Source of the DNA: a virus
Taxonomy: Duplodnaviria; Caudoviricetes
Virus record (IMG/VR): IMGVR_UViG_3300030100_000462
Coordinates: 1-33,898 of that record
Length of the DNA stretch: 33,898 bases
Direction: 5' to 3' (one strand)
Shown: one piece after another, positions 1-7,780 of the stretch
How the letters are laid out: each line of letters opens with the position of its first letter
Position numbering within the stretch: position 1 is the stretch's first letter
Program-made: the position numbers and the translations under genes
Notes under the pieces: generated by a model
The model's input: the letters and a program-made list of their open reading frames with translations, nothing else
The model's database searches: none
What the model was told of the DNA's origin: nothing

Positions 1-2
1 AG

Positions 3-1256
3 AGTATAACGCTCCATGTCAATAAAGAAAAAGTTATCGTTAACGTGTTCTGCTACTTGTTTCCATTTAGCTGAGCCAATATCAGATTTTCGTGGCATGT
101 CTTGCCATACTTTACGCATTAGTTTATGCGCATGTAAATAGGTGGGTGCGTTTTCAGGTGAAGCAAATGCTGTTTTCCAGCCATAATTATTATTATAGCC
201 TACAACCATTTGGTCAACAAAATCAGACTTACCGCTACTAGGTATACCAGTAACAGTAATAAACTGACCAGTGTAAGTACTGAATATCTCGTCGAAGTTT
301 GATATGCCGATTTGATACCCTTTCCTAAAACCGTTTTGTACAAAGTCCGTAACTTCATGTTCTATATCTTTAAAAGTTGTTACATTTTCTAATGGTACAG
401 GTCTACATTCAGCAATTGTTTTAGCTAAATCTTCTTTACCATATTTTAATAAATATTCATTAGCGTCTTTACAATCAATAAAGTTAATTAAAAAACAAAC
501 CTCTGCACCAAGTCTTCTAATTAACTCTGTTTGTAATGCAACACCAGCTTCATCAGCGTCTACCGCTAAAATTATTTTTTCTTTATCTTCAAAGTAATCA
601 ATGCAATTATCAAGATAATCTAAATTGTTATGGTTTAATGTAGCTCCGTTTGGTACAGATATTACATTAGGTATTCCCGCTTCGTGATAAGATAAAACAT
701 CCATTTCACCTTCGACTATAACACATGTGTCATAACCTACTATACTATTTAAATTATAAAAGACTTTCTCTGCACCTTTATATAATTTAAAGTGCTTACG
801 TCCGTCTCTGTATTTTACATTAATAAGTTCATCACCTATTATATAGTTGAACTTTATTACGTTTTCAACCTTGCCTGTTTGAGGCATGAATTCTGGTCCT
901 TCACTAATTTGTAAATCAATAAGAGTCTGTGTTGATATACCTCTTGTTTCAAACCATTTAGCAACTTTAGTGCGCGGAATATTAAACTCTTCTAGCGGTG
1001 CCGGAGTAGGTTTAACATATTCTTTATCGCCGCCCCCTTTACGTTGATAAGTATGTAATTGAAATGTTGAGTTACAATTGTGACAAGTACCAAGTCCACG
1101 CTCCCAATCATAACTAGCACATTTCTGTTTTTGATTTTTAGGTTTACGGTTATGCGAACACAGGGGACAAATCCCCTGCGTTGCACCAACCTTCAAATCA
1201 TGCTGGTTAAACTGGTCGATTAAGAATCCATTAATCTCCGTGTTGTTTACTTGCAT
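3..1256 (-). CDS. Bifunctional primase-helicase (T7 gp4/Twinkle-like), 3' end truncated by the window edge
   Basis: Not in the ORF track; translated by hand from ATG 1256 (MQVNNTEINGF...). Zn-finger CPLCSH...CHNC, TOPRIM motifs IVEGEMD, AVDADEAG and KDANEYL, then Walker A TGIPSSGKS. Confidence 0.92.
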   Translation of the reverse strand, partial: MQVNNTEINGFLIDQFNQHDLKVGATQGICPLCSHNRKPKNQKQKCASYDWERGLGTCHNCNSTFQLHTYQRKGGGDKEYVKPTPAPLEEFNIPRTKVAKWFETRGISTQTLIDLQISEGPEFMPQTGKVENVIKFNYIIGDELINVKYRDGRKHFKLYKGAEKVFYNLNSIVGYDTCVIVEGEMDVLSYHEAGIPNVISVPNGATLNHNNLDYLDNCIDYFEDKEKIILAVDADEAGVALQTELIRRLGAEVCFLINFIDCKDANEYLLKYGKEDLAKTIAECRPVPLENVTTFKDIEHEVTDFVQNGFRKGYQIGISNFDEIFSTYTGQFITVTGIPSSGKSDFVDQMVVGYNNNYGWKTAFASPENAPTYLHAHKLMRKVWQDMPRKSDIGSAKWKQVAEHVNDNFFFIDMERYT

Positions 1257-1266
1257 TTAATTTAAT

Positions 1267-1575
1267 TTAAAATGGTAAATCATCTACCGGCTGTGATACT
1301 GGTGCTGCTGCTGCCGGTTGATCTGTTCGAGGCGCAGCTGGTACGTTCTGGTCATTTGTCCAAACAACTTGAACATTACCTAAATAAACTTTAGGTACTT
1401 TAGCATCACGCTCCTCTTTTGATTGAGCTATTACAACAGGACCTTGATTGCCGAACTGGTCGACTTCATCATTCAGTGTTATTGTAATAGGTAAGTACTT
1501 TCCTTTTTTACCATCGATAATTTTTGACTTATCAATATTGTTAAGGTTAATACTTGTTTTAATAATACTTGCCAT
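1267..1575 (-). CDS. Putative single-stranded DNA-binding protein
   Basis: Beta-rich 102 aa with a flexible Pro/Ala linker and the SSB-type acidic tail DDLPF; lies in the replication cluster. Confidence 0.65.
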   Translation of the reverse strand: MASIIKTSINLNNIDKSKIIDGKKGKYLPITITLNDEVDQFGNQGPVVIAQSKEERDAKVPKVYLGNVQVVWTNDQNVPAAPRTDQPAAAAPVSQPVDDLPF

Positions 1576-1754
1576 TATGCGTATTGATTTATTTGGTTAA
1601 ACATTCTTTGTAACTGTTCTTTATTAGCTCCAGTTACTCTTCTGAAATTATCTACAGCTTTCAAATGATTTTGATTTTTGTAAAAATTGTTTACAGAAGT
1701 TTCTAATCCTGTTACTGAGCAAACTTTTGTTTGCATTTTTCTAGTTCTTGCCAT
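1575..1754 (-). CDS. Small hypothetical protein (59 aa, MARTRKMQTKVCSVTG...)
   Basis: Below the ORF-track cutoff; fills the gap exactly, and its stop overlaps the next start (TAATG). Confidence 0.75.
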   Translation of the reverse strand: MARTRKMQTKVCSVTGLETSVNNFYKNQNHLKAVDNFRRVTGANKEQLQRMFNQINQYA

Positions 1755-1766
1755 AATTTAATTTAA

Positions 1767-2498
1767 TTATAATGTTAAGTTAATAAAATATTGAGATGGG
1801 TCAAATCCATCGGTCTTGTAGAATAAATCGTAAGCTTCTACTGCTCTCTTAACTTTGTCTTTACCTGACTCATAAAAATCAGGTGAACAATCTACTACTG
1901 CTATTTGATGAGTATTTTTATCTATAACAATAAATACAAATTCATAACCAAACAATGTACTATATATGTATGCTTGTGAATCGTAATTCCATCGGTATGC
2001 AGAGCGCCTGAAAGAATTTATATCTGAGGTAGTCTTCAAATCAATCACGAGTTTATCATCATGATTAACTATATCAGCCTTGCCTTTCCACATAATTCCT
2101 TCAAGCTCCGCAATACCTGGCTTCTCATACTCAACATCAATACCACGAATAAGTCCGCGACATATATCATTTTCTAATACTTTAGTGGTCATTAATTCTA
2201 TTTTGTCAACTTCATGCTGTAATAAACACAGCTCTCCACCTGACATTTCTTTATAAGCCTTAGTGTTTCTAGTTGACGAAGGTATTACTCGGTATTTCTT
2301 CAACTTATCTGGTTCAAGTATAGCGGTGTGAAAATATCCGCCAACAAGAAACGCTGGGCTAGGCTTAGATTGTTCTCCAAGCGCTAAGGGGTTAGTTAAT
2401 AAAGTCCTAATGTCACTATTACTTAAATATTGTTTACCAAATTCGCCGTAATAGTTTTCATCATTTCTTAATTTTTCAATAACCTCTTCTTTGTTCAT
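1767..2498 (-). CDS. PD-(D/E)xK exonuclease, RecE/ExoVIII-like
   Basis: LSNSDI, G.YFH..ILEP, KGKADIV...VIDLKTT and Y..QA.IY motifs; adjacent to the ERF annealase. Confidence 0.85.
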   Translation of the reverse strand: MNKEEVIEKLRNDENYYGEFGKQYLSNSDIRTLLTNPLALGEQSKPSPAFLVGGYFHTAILEPDKLKKYRVIPSSTRNTKAYKEMSGGELCLLQHEVDKIELMTTKVLENDICRGLIRGIDVEYEKPGIAELEGIMWKGKADIVNHDDKLVIDLKTTSDINSFRRSAYRWNYDSQAYIYSTLFGYEFVFIVIDKNTHQIAVVDCSPDFYESGKDKVKRAVEAYDLFYKTDGFDPSQYFINLTL

Positions 2499-2499
2499 T

Positions 2500-2531
2500 T
2501 ATATTATCTATATTGATTCGTATTTAGCTTG
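2500..2531 (-). promoter_or_regulatory. Phage promoter-like motif, copy 1 (CARRCTAAAYACGR-N9-GATAATAT)
   Basis: One of 6 copies with the same spacer; directly upstream of ATG 2498. Confidence 0.7.
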
Positions 2532-3075
2532 CGGCCGTTGCTTTTGTTAATGTTGAAAGCTGACCAGGCGTTAAATCATATTTAGCTTTTATAGCATCTA
2601 ATTTACCACCCGCTTTTAAATAATCAATTGCTTTGGTTACATTGTGAAGTGTTTGTTTTGTTTTTTGTTTACTTATAACTTTGCCGTGATTATTTGTAGC
2701 GTCGCTATCTTGCGTATCATCGATTAATAATAGGTTTCCTAACGCATATTTTTTAGCATAACTCGACGCCGAACCAAATTGTTGTGGTGTCTGCATACCT
2801 TTCTGGTTCAGATCCACACCAACTATCGCAACAGCAGTTAACTCCATACCCTTGTCATCAGTTAACTTTGCAGTTGACTGTATAATAGGCATAGGTTCAG
2901 TAGCAATTAATTCTTCATTAATTGTAACTGCAATTCCTAACTCGTCGTTAAACGGTTTAATAGCTTCGAGAATGTCTTCGGCAGAGCGAAAGTAATATTT
3001 GCCGAATGAATTAAATCTACTCTTCTTCGATTTAAATTTTGTTTGAATTTTTGCTAGTTTTTGGTATATGGTCAT
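2524..3075 (-). CDS. ERF-family ssDNA annealing protein
   Basis: N-terminal IYQKLAKIQ...N.FGKY.FRSAEDIL and the ERF signature Q..GSASSYAKKYAL..LLLIDDTQDSD. Confidence 0.88.
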   Translation of the reverse strand: MTIYQKLAKIQTKFKSKKSRFNSFGKYYFRSAEDILEAIKPFNDELGIAVTINEELIATEPMPIIQSTAKLTDDKGMELTAVAIVGVDLNQKGMQTPQQFGSASSYAKKYALGNLLLIDDTQDSDATNNHGKVISKQKTKQTLHNVTKAIDYLKAGGKLDAIKAKYDLTPGQLSTLTKATAAS

Positions 3076-3109
3076 AATAATATAATTACATATTTTTAAT
3101 TAAACTTAA

Positions 3110-3126
3110 ACGGTAATTTTTACCGT
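3110..3126 (-). terminator. Hairpin after the sigma-factor gene, possible intrinsic terminator
   Basis: ACGGTAA-3nt-TTACCGT inverted repeat 4 nt past the stop, followed by T-rich TTAAGTTT on the minus strand. Confidence 0.4.
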
Positions 3127-3129
3127 AAC

Positions 3130-3894
3130 TTAAAGGTAATCAAGCACTTGCGAGGAATCAACGTTATCAATTAAGCATTGTATAGCATCGCGTTTTATTT
3201 GAGAAATACGCACGTGAGCTGTATTTACATTAATGTTTAACTTAGTCGCAATTTCGTTTGCAGAGTGCTTATCACAGTCAAGACCGTAACTTAATCTAAG
3301 TACTTCTTGTTGCTTAAAATCTAAATGCTTTTTCATTAATTGTAATAGATAAGCATTGAGTAAATGTATGTTATATGGTTCTGATTTATCAATAACTTGA
3401 TAGGCCATATTTTCATCATCATTTGGTTTATCATCAATACTTGAAAATACACTATTAAAAAACATTGCAACCATCTTTTCATCTTTTGGGTTGCGTCTTA
3501 TTTCATTTAGTTTATGTTCAGGAATGCGTACGCCGCCCCTATTAATATCTACGGCTCTACGTACGGCTCCTTTAATTCTTTTTGATAGAAATGATTTAAT
3601 TGTTTTTTCTTGGTCGTCAGACTTGATTAAAACCTCTCGGTCTAATTTGCTAACAGCAGCAGTAAGTCCCGCCGCACCTTCTTGCAATAAATCATTTATA
3701 CTTAATACACCCGACGCTTGGTCTGATGTAGATTGTTTTCTCGCTAATGTTTCAACTAGCGGTAAAAAGTTAATTACTATTTCTTCATTTGTTAAATATG
3801 TATAATCACCGTCGATTGGTTTTCTTACACGTTTAATAGCTGCTTCAACTTCTGTTTTGTATCTAACATAATTAGCTATGTTATACTTTCTCAT
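3130..3894 (-). CDS. Phage-encoded sigma70-family RNA polymerase sigma factor
   Basis: Region 2 DLLQEGAAGLTAAV...RIKGAVRRA...VRIP and region 4 HTH QEVLRLSYGL...SANEIATKL...RISQIKRDAI. Confidence 0.9.
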   Translation of the reverse strand: MRKYNIANYVRYKTEVEAAIKRVRKPIDGDYTYLTNEEIVINFLPLVETLARKQSTSDQASGVLSINDLLQEGAAGLTAAVSKLDREVLIKSDDQEKTIKSFLSKRIKGAVRRAVDINRGGVRIPEHKLNEIRRNPKDEKMVAMFFNSVFSSIDDKPNDDENMAYQVIDKSEPYNIHLLNAYLLQLMKKHLDFKQQEVLRLSYGLDCDKHSANEIATKLNINVNTAHVRISQIKRDAIQCLIDNVDSSQVLDYL

Positions 3895-4529
3895 ATTCCT
3901 TTATTTAGTATTTCTTTTTCTCGTTTTAATTGATTACCCATATTTCTATATATGGTTCGTGTAGTACACTCTAACAACTTAGCCAACTTGGCTATAGTTA
4001 TTTTTTGTTTACTATCGTTTAAATCTATCATGCATTGGTATATATCTTCTTCACATATTCTTTTACTTCTACCAATCAATCTTCCAACTATACTTAGCTT
4101 TTCACTTAATGATAAACCAGTATAATCTTTAAATATTACTTTACGTATTCTATTTCGAGGAGGTGTATCACCAGCCCCAAATACTTCATTTATCATGCTA
4201 TTAAGTATTTTTTGTTTTATAAAAAAAGTTACAAATCCATTTTCTTTATTTGCTATAAATTTAAATACTGTTCGCATATCATCTTCAAGTGATATTTCAT
4301 CACCCTCAACACCTTCATAATTTAAATAATACAAAACTAAAAAATGCCACTTTAAACTTTTATACGTGGTTATCTTAGCTTTGCTTCTAAATAAACTATA
4401 GCATTGGTATGTACCTTCCGCGTAATAATCATATTGATCGGTACTTTCGGTAGGCTTATCTGTGATAGGGTCACGTCTATATATTATTCGCCTATCGTTT
4501 AGCCACTTCATATTTCTTTCATGTGACAT
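3891..4529 (-). CDS. DNA-binding protein with a C-terminal helix-turn-helix
   Basis: C-terminal KITIAKLAKLLECTTRTIYRNM is a typical HTH; ATGA overlap with the sigma gene. Confidence 0.7.
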   Translation of the reverse strand: MSHERNMKWLNDRRIIYRRDPITDKPTESTDQYDYYAEGTYQCYSLFRSKAKITTYKSLKWHFLVLYYLNYEGVEGDEISLEDDMRTVFKFIANKENGFVTFFIKQKILNSMINEVFGAGDTPPRNRIRKVIFKDYTGLSLSEKLSIVGRLIGRSKRICEEDIYQCMIDLNDSKQKITIAKLAKLLECTTRTIYRNMGNQLKREKEILNKGI

Positions 4530-4567
4530 TTGCTTCTTACTATTTATTTATTATTAGCTTTTGTCGC
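4523..4567. promoter_or_regulatory. ~45-bp quasi-palindromic site (GTGAC-N35-GTCGC), copy A
   Basis: Similar to 9416-9461 and 10211-10254; covers the start codon of the HTH gene. Confidence 0.55.
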
Positions 4568-4654
4568 TCTGCGTTTCTTAAACGCTTTAATTTTATCTTG
4601 TATACCCTTATAATTAGTTGTTATTAAGTGGGTTGCTAGTTTTCTTCTACTCAT
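4544..4654 (-). CDS. Small basic hypothetical protein (36 aa, MSRRKLATHL...)
   Basis: ATGA overlap with the upstream stop; fills the gap. Confidence 0.55.
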   Translation of the reverse strand: MSRRKLATHLITTNYKGIQDKIKAFKKRRATKANNK

Positions 4655-4887
4655 TTTCTATCGTGTTTTACATTACCGAAAACAATCAATTGTATATCAC
4701 TATCTTTATATACTGATTTATCAGGGTAATTTAGGTATCTATTTTTTATTTGTATATCTTTATCTAAAGGTAAATTATAATTTATATATATCGCTGTTAC
4801 TAGCGCAGAATTGATTGCTATCAATAGTATTATAATAAGTTTCGACAACTTCTCTAGGAACTGTGTTGTAGGAATAAGGTGTTTCAT
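4651..4887 (-). CDS. Small single-pass membrane protein (78 aa; start likely ATG 4887)
   Basis: Hydrophobic LIIILLIAINSALVTAIYI; its stop is coupled to the next ORF. Confidence 0.55.
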   Translation of the reverse strand: MKHLIPTTQFLEKLSKLIIILLIAINSALVTAIYINYNLPLDKDIQIKNRYLNYPDKSVYKDSDIQLIVFGNVKHDRK

Positions 4888-5335
4888 TTTTGTTACAAAT
4901 TTTTCGTTTATCAATAATGTAGTATCTCCAATAACCGTGTATAGCATTTGCCATTTTATACTCTTCTGGCATACACTGTGGTGGGTCTACCCATTCATCG
5001 CCTTGTATATTAGCAGGTGGTGTCGCAAGAAAATCTCTACATTTTATTATAGTAAGATGTTCTTTACCATATCGTTTAGTATATTCTTTACCTAATGCAA
5101 TCATATGGTCATATAACCACATATAAGTTGTTCTTGACCTTCTTGCCCATACAGTTGATGGGTGATTAAGGTGAGCCTGTTTATAAGGTACGTGTAGCTT
5201 TTGTTCTGCACTACCATAACAATGATGAGCAGTGCAAAGCATTTGAGCAGACTCTAGTATCATTTTTACTTTATGCTTATCGTAAACATAAGATGCTGCT
5301 TTTGCAGGGTCGTGGTGTAAGAAAAATATATTCAT
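4775..5335 (-). CDS. Pyrimidine-dimer DNA glycosylase / endonuclease V (DenV)-like protein
   Basis: MNIFFL..DP...A....DKH.VKMILESAQML, YK.AH.NHP...W, EYTKRYGK.H and PPQCMP motifs. Confidence 0.8.
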   Translation of the reverse strand: MNIFFLHHDPAKAASYVYDKHKVKMILESAQMLCTAHHCYGSAEQKLHVPYKQAHLNHPSTVWARRSRTTYMWLYDHMIALGKEYTKRYGKEHLTIIKCRDFLATPPANIQGDEWVDPPQCMPEEYKMANAIHGYWRYYIIDKRKICNKNETPYSYNTVPREVVETYYNTIDSNQFCASNSDIYKL

Positions 5336-5421
5336 TTTTCAGGTGGTATTAATGTGATTAATAATATAACTACTAATGCAAATATTCCTAACATTATTAG
5401 TGCTTCTGTTTGTACGCTCAT
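5332..5421 (-). CDS. Small membrane peptide (29 aa, MSVQTEALIMLGIFALVVIIIITLIPPEK)
   Basis: ATGA overlaps at both ends; single TM helix. Confidence 0.65.
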   Translation of the reverse strand: MSVQTEALIMLGIFALVVILLITLIPPEK

Positions 5422-5678
5422 AATTTTTTTTGTAAATAGTTAATTCGCTTATTAATTACTGCAGCTTTTTCATAATCTTCTGTAATTAAATATTCTTGTA
5501 ATATTAATTTTAAATTTTTTATTTCTTGTTTAATATCATCTTCAGGTGTTTTAATACTATCCTGTATTTGTTCATTAAGAATATCTAAACCATAAGTTGC
5601 AGTATCTGGGTCTAAAAATTCTTCGTATAAATCTTTTTTTATACGATTATATAATGCTTGGTATTCTTCCTCGCTCAT
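5418..5678 (-). CDS. Hypothetical protein with a C-terminal UvrB/UvrC-like (UVR) motif; start likely ATG 5678
   Basis: EDYEKAAVINKRI; the track start (5693) lies inside the promoter motif. Confidence 0.65.
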   Translation of the reverse strand: MSEEEYQALYNRIKKDLYEEFLDPDTATYGLDILNEQIQDSIKTPEDDIKQEIKNLKLILQEYLITEDYEKAAVINKRINYLQKKL

Positions 5679-5681
5679 ACT

Positions 5682-5713
5682 TATATTATCCATAGGTTTT
5701 CGTGTTTAGTTTG
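5682..5713 (-). promoter_or_regulatory. Promoter-like motif, copy 2
   Basis: TATATTATC-N9-TCGTGTTTAGTTTG on the + strand. Confidence 0.7.
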
Positions 5714-6245
5714 TAGTTAGTATATCAACTATTTTTTGTGCATTTGCTCTAACTTTATTATACTTAGCTATTTCGTCTTTGGTAATTGTATCAACTCCAA
5801 CATCACCGAATCTAGTTTTACCATTTGCAAAATCAGTATATTCCATATCACCTTTATATGTTTCAATTATATGTTTAGGTGTTGCAACGAATACGCATTT
5901 TTCTGTATATCTATCGTGGCAAGCAACCATAGTTCTAGCTTTATCACCAGTCCATATTATATATGTATATTGGTGGTCTACATTCATTTCATCAGCATAT
6001 AAGTAGCAACTGTCGTAATACATATCGTGTACTAGTTTTGCCGCTAAAGCTGAACCGTCTTGTCTGTTATTTACATTTAACCAATTAGCTATTTGTACTG
6101 CTTGCCATTCAGGATAACCGTCATGGTGATGATACATATTCACATAACTGTGTGCACTTACGTGTTCGGGGTGTAGAGCAAGGCCGTAAGAGCTACCTCT
6201 TGCATGCTTGCGGTCTACTACCATAATTAAATTTCTAGTTGCCAT
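5706..6245 (-). CDS. Hypothetical phage protein with a YxHxDGYP motif
   Basis: MATR start, MYHHHDGYPEW, DHQYTY. Confidence 0.75.
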   Translation of the reverse strand: MATRNLIMVVDRKHARGSSYGLALHPEHVSAHSYVNMYHHHDGYPEWQAVQIANWLNVNNRQDGSALAAKLVHDMYYDSCYLYADEMNVDHQYTYIIWTGDKARTMVACHDRYTEKCVFVATPKHIIETYKGDMEYTDFANGKTRFGDVGVDTITKDEIAKYNKVRANAQKIVDILTTN

Positions 6246-6501
6246 ATTCTATATTTTTATTATTAGTTACCATCCATTCACAGTCATTTACTTTGTGACC
6301 AGCACCATATAAAAATGATTCACAAGATTCTGTGTCTGGGTTCCATTTGTTTTCTTCGTTACATAACACACTAATGTCATATCTATATACTTTACCATCT
6401 GTAAAATCTAATAAGAATATATATTTAGCTTGTTCTACTCTGTGATGAGCAGGTCTTATGTCAGTACCGTGTTCTAATTCGTATGCTTTACTACTATTCA
6501 T
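6235..6501 (-). CDS. Hypothetical protein
   Basis: ORF tiled with its neighbours by short overlaps. Confidence 0.7.
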   Translation of the reverse strand: MNSSKAYELEHGTDIRPAHHRVEQAKYIFLLDFTDGKVYRYDISVLCNEENKWNPDTESCESFLYGAGHKVNDCEWMVTNNKNIEYGN

Positions 6502-6952
6502 CTTCTTCTAATTTATATTCACCGGAGTCTAATAATTCTTCTTTGTATTGGTCCCAATACTCTTCATATAATTCAGGCCACCAGTTTTCTAGTTCATAAT
6601 TAAAATCATATTCCATATCATCCCACAAGTTTGGGTCTACCCATACATTAGTGCCGTGAGTTAGTTCTTCAACGGCTCTTACCGACCAGTCAGAATAATC
6701 TTCATAGTAGTAACCGTCTTGTGATACATAAGGCCTATTTTCAAAAGTACAAAAGTATATATCATAGCTATCATAAGTTGATTCGCTATATATTTTTAAA
6801 GTCCATTTGTCATCTACAAAATCGCTTGTGTTATCTAGTTTACCACCGTATTCTGTTTCAATATATTCTAGTAGCCAACGAGCATCAGGCTCTTCCATAA
6901 AGCCATCCATTTCTAGTTTTTCTTTGATGATTTCATCTGTTAAAATTTCCAT
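6494..6952 (-). CDS. Highly acidic, aromatic-rich hypothetical protein
   Basis: By hand count, about 45 D/E versus about 10 K/R in 152 aa. Confidence 0.8.
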   Translation of the reverse strand: MEILTDEIIKEKLEMDGFMEEPDARWLLEYIETEYGGKLDNTSDFVDDKWTLKIYSESTYDSYDIYFCTFENRPYVSQDGYYYEDYSDWSVRAVEELTHGTNVWVDPNLWDDMEYDFNYELENWWPELYEEYWDQYKEELLDSGEYKLEEDE

Positions 6953-6973
6953 AATTAATTGATTTTCAGTTAG

Positions 6974-7048
6974 TTGCGGGAGTAGGATTCGAACCTACGG
7001 CCTTCGGGTTATGAGCCCGACGAGCTGACCAAACTGCTCCATCCCGCT
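6974..7048 (-). tRNA. tRNA-Met(CAT), initiator (fMet) type
   Basis: Cloverleaf AGCGGGA/TCCCGCA-A, D stem GAGC/GCTC (A11:U24), anticodon arm TCGGG-CTCATAA-CCCGA with three G-C pairs, T arm GTAGG-TTCGAAT-CCTAC, 1:72 mismatch; followed by CTA, not CCA. Confidence 0.95.
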
Positions 7049-7054
7049 ATAATA

Positions 7055-7581
7055 TTTTAGGGTGGTATCGTGCACAATACCCACGCTTTCTGGGGTTAAG
7101 TAAACCAAGTCATTGACACTACATAGTGTCCTGTATTCTCGGCTTCATAACCGTCCTTCGTGTTTTAACCCCAAGGCATTGCCCACGACTCGGTTGGATT
7201 CAGTGTAGCTGCCTCGCGGTCTTATGTCATACACTTACTGTTACCATGTCTCGGTCCAGCCTTAGTCTCGGGTCGCTCATATTATTTTACTGATGTAGTC
7301 GTATACAACTACCAATTTCAAATAATAGCGGTGCGCCTCTGACATTAATATTTTTAGACTCTGCGGAATTTTACCGCGACGCTGCTAGTGGAGGATTACC
7401 CTCTATCTTGTACTTGCAGTGCTAAACTTACTAGCCTTAAAACGAGCCATTCACTTACGTATAGAAATACATCAAATAACTAATAAATGCAATACACTTC
7501 CGTACGTCCCTCGGCAATTACCCCGTAGACATCACATGCATTTTTAGTTAGCTTCAAATCTACCTAATTAAGCTACTCGTC
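7055..7581 (-). ncRNA. Candidate large structured non-coding RNA (~530 nt), family unassigned
   Basis: No long ORF, GC-enriched, more than 12 mostly nested helices; several contain G-U pairs that work only on the minus strand. Confidence 0.72.
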
Positions 7582-7582
7582 T

Positions 7583-7780
7583 CTATTTTCTTCGCCAAGC
7601 TTTGTGCACCGAAGCCGAAACTTCTGGTGACACAACTTGGATTGTATTACCCGTCTTACCGTTGATTATGGGAATGTAACTATATTGTTGTATAGCACTG
7701 CAGGAAACACAAGTACTATAACCTAAGGCAATACGGCCAGCGGGTATTATATTTGAACATTTACATTTTTTCATACACAT
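7583..7780 (-). CDS. DksA/TraR-like C4 zinc-finger protein (start 7780 or 7774)
   Basis: CKC-x3-IPAGR-x7-CVSC resembles the TraR/DksA finger Cxx(x)C...IPxxR...CxxC. Confidence 0.6.
   Translation of the reverse strand: MCMKKCKCSNIIPAGRIALGYSTCVSCSAIQQYSYIPIINGKTGNTIQVVSPEVSASVHKAWRRK

Noticed and set aside
992-1189. 65-aa minus-strand ORF in the track
   Set aside because: Alternate frame inside the primase Zn-finger region; non-ATG start and no motif.
3491-6006. Plus-strand ORFs 3491-3805, 4811-5095, 5736-6002 and 5779-6006
   Set aside because: Antisense shadows of well-supported minus-strand genes.
7055-7581. Group I intron, tmRNA or RNase P identity for the structured region
   Set aside because: GAGACTA resembles a group I R element, but I find no matching S element and no interrupted gene. 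There are no tmRNA tRNA-like ends and no RNase P GAGGAAAGUCC.
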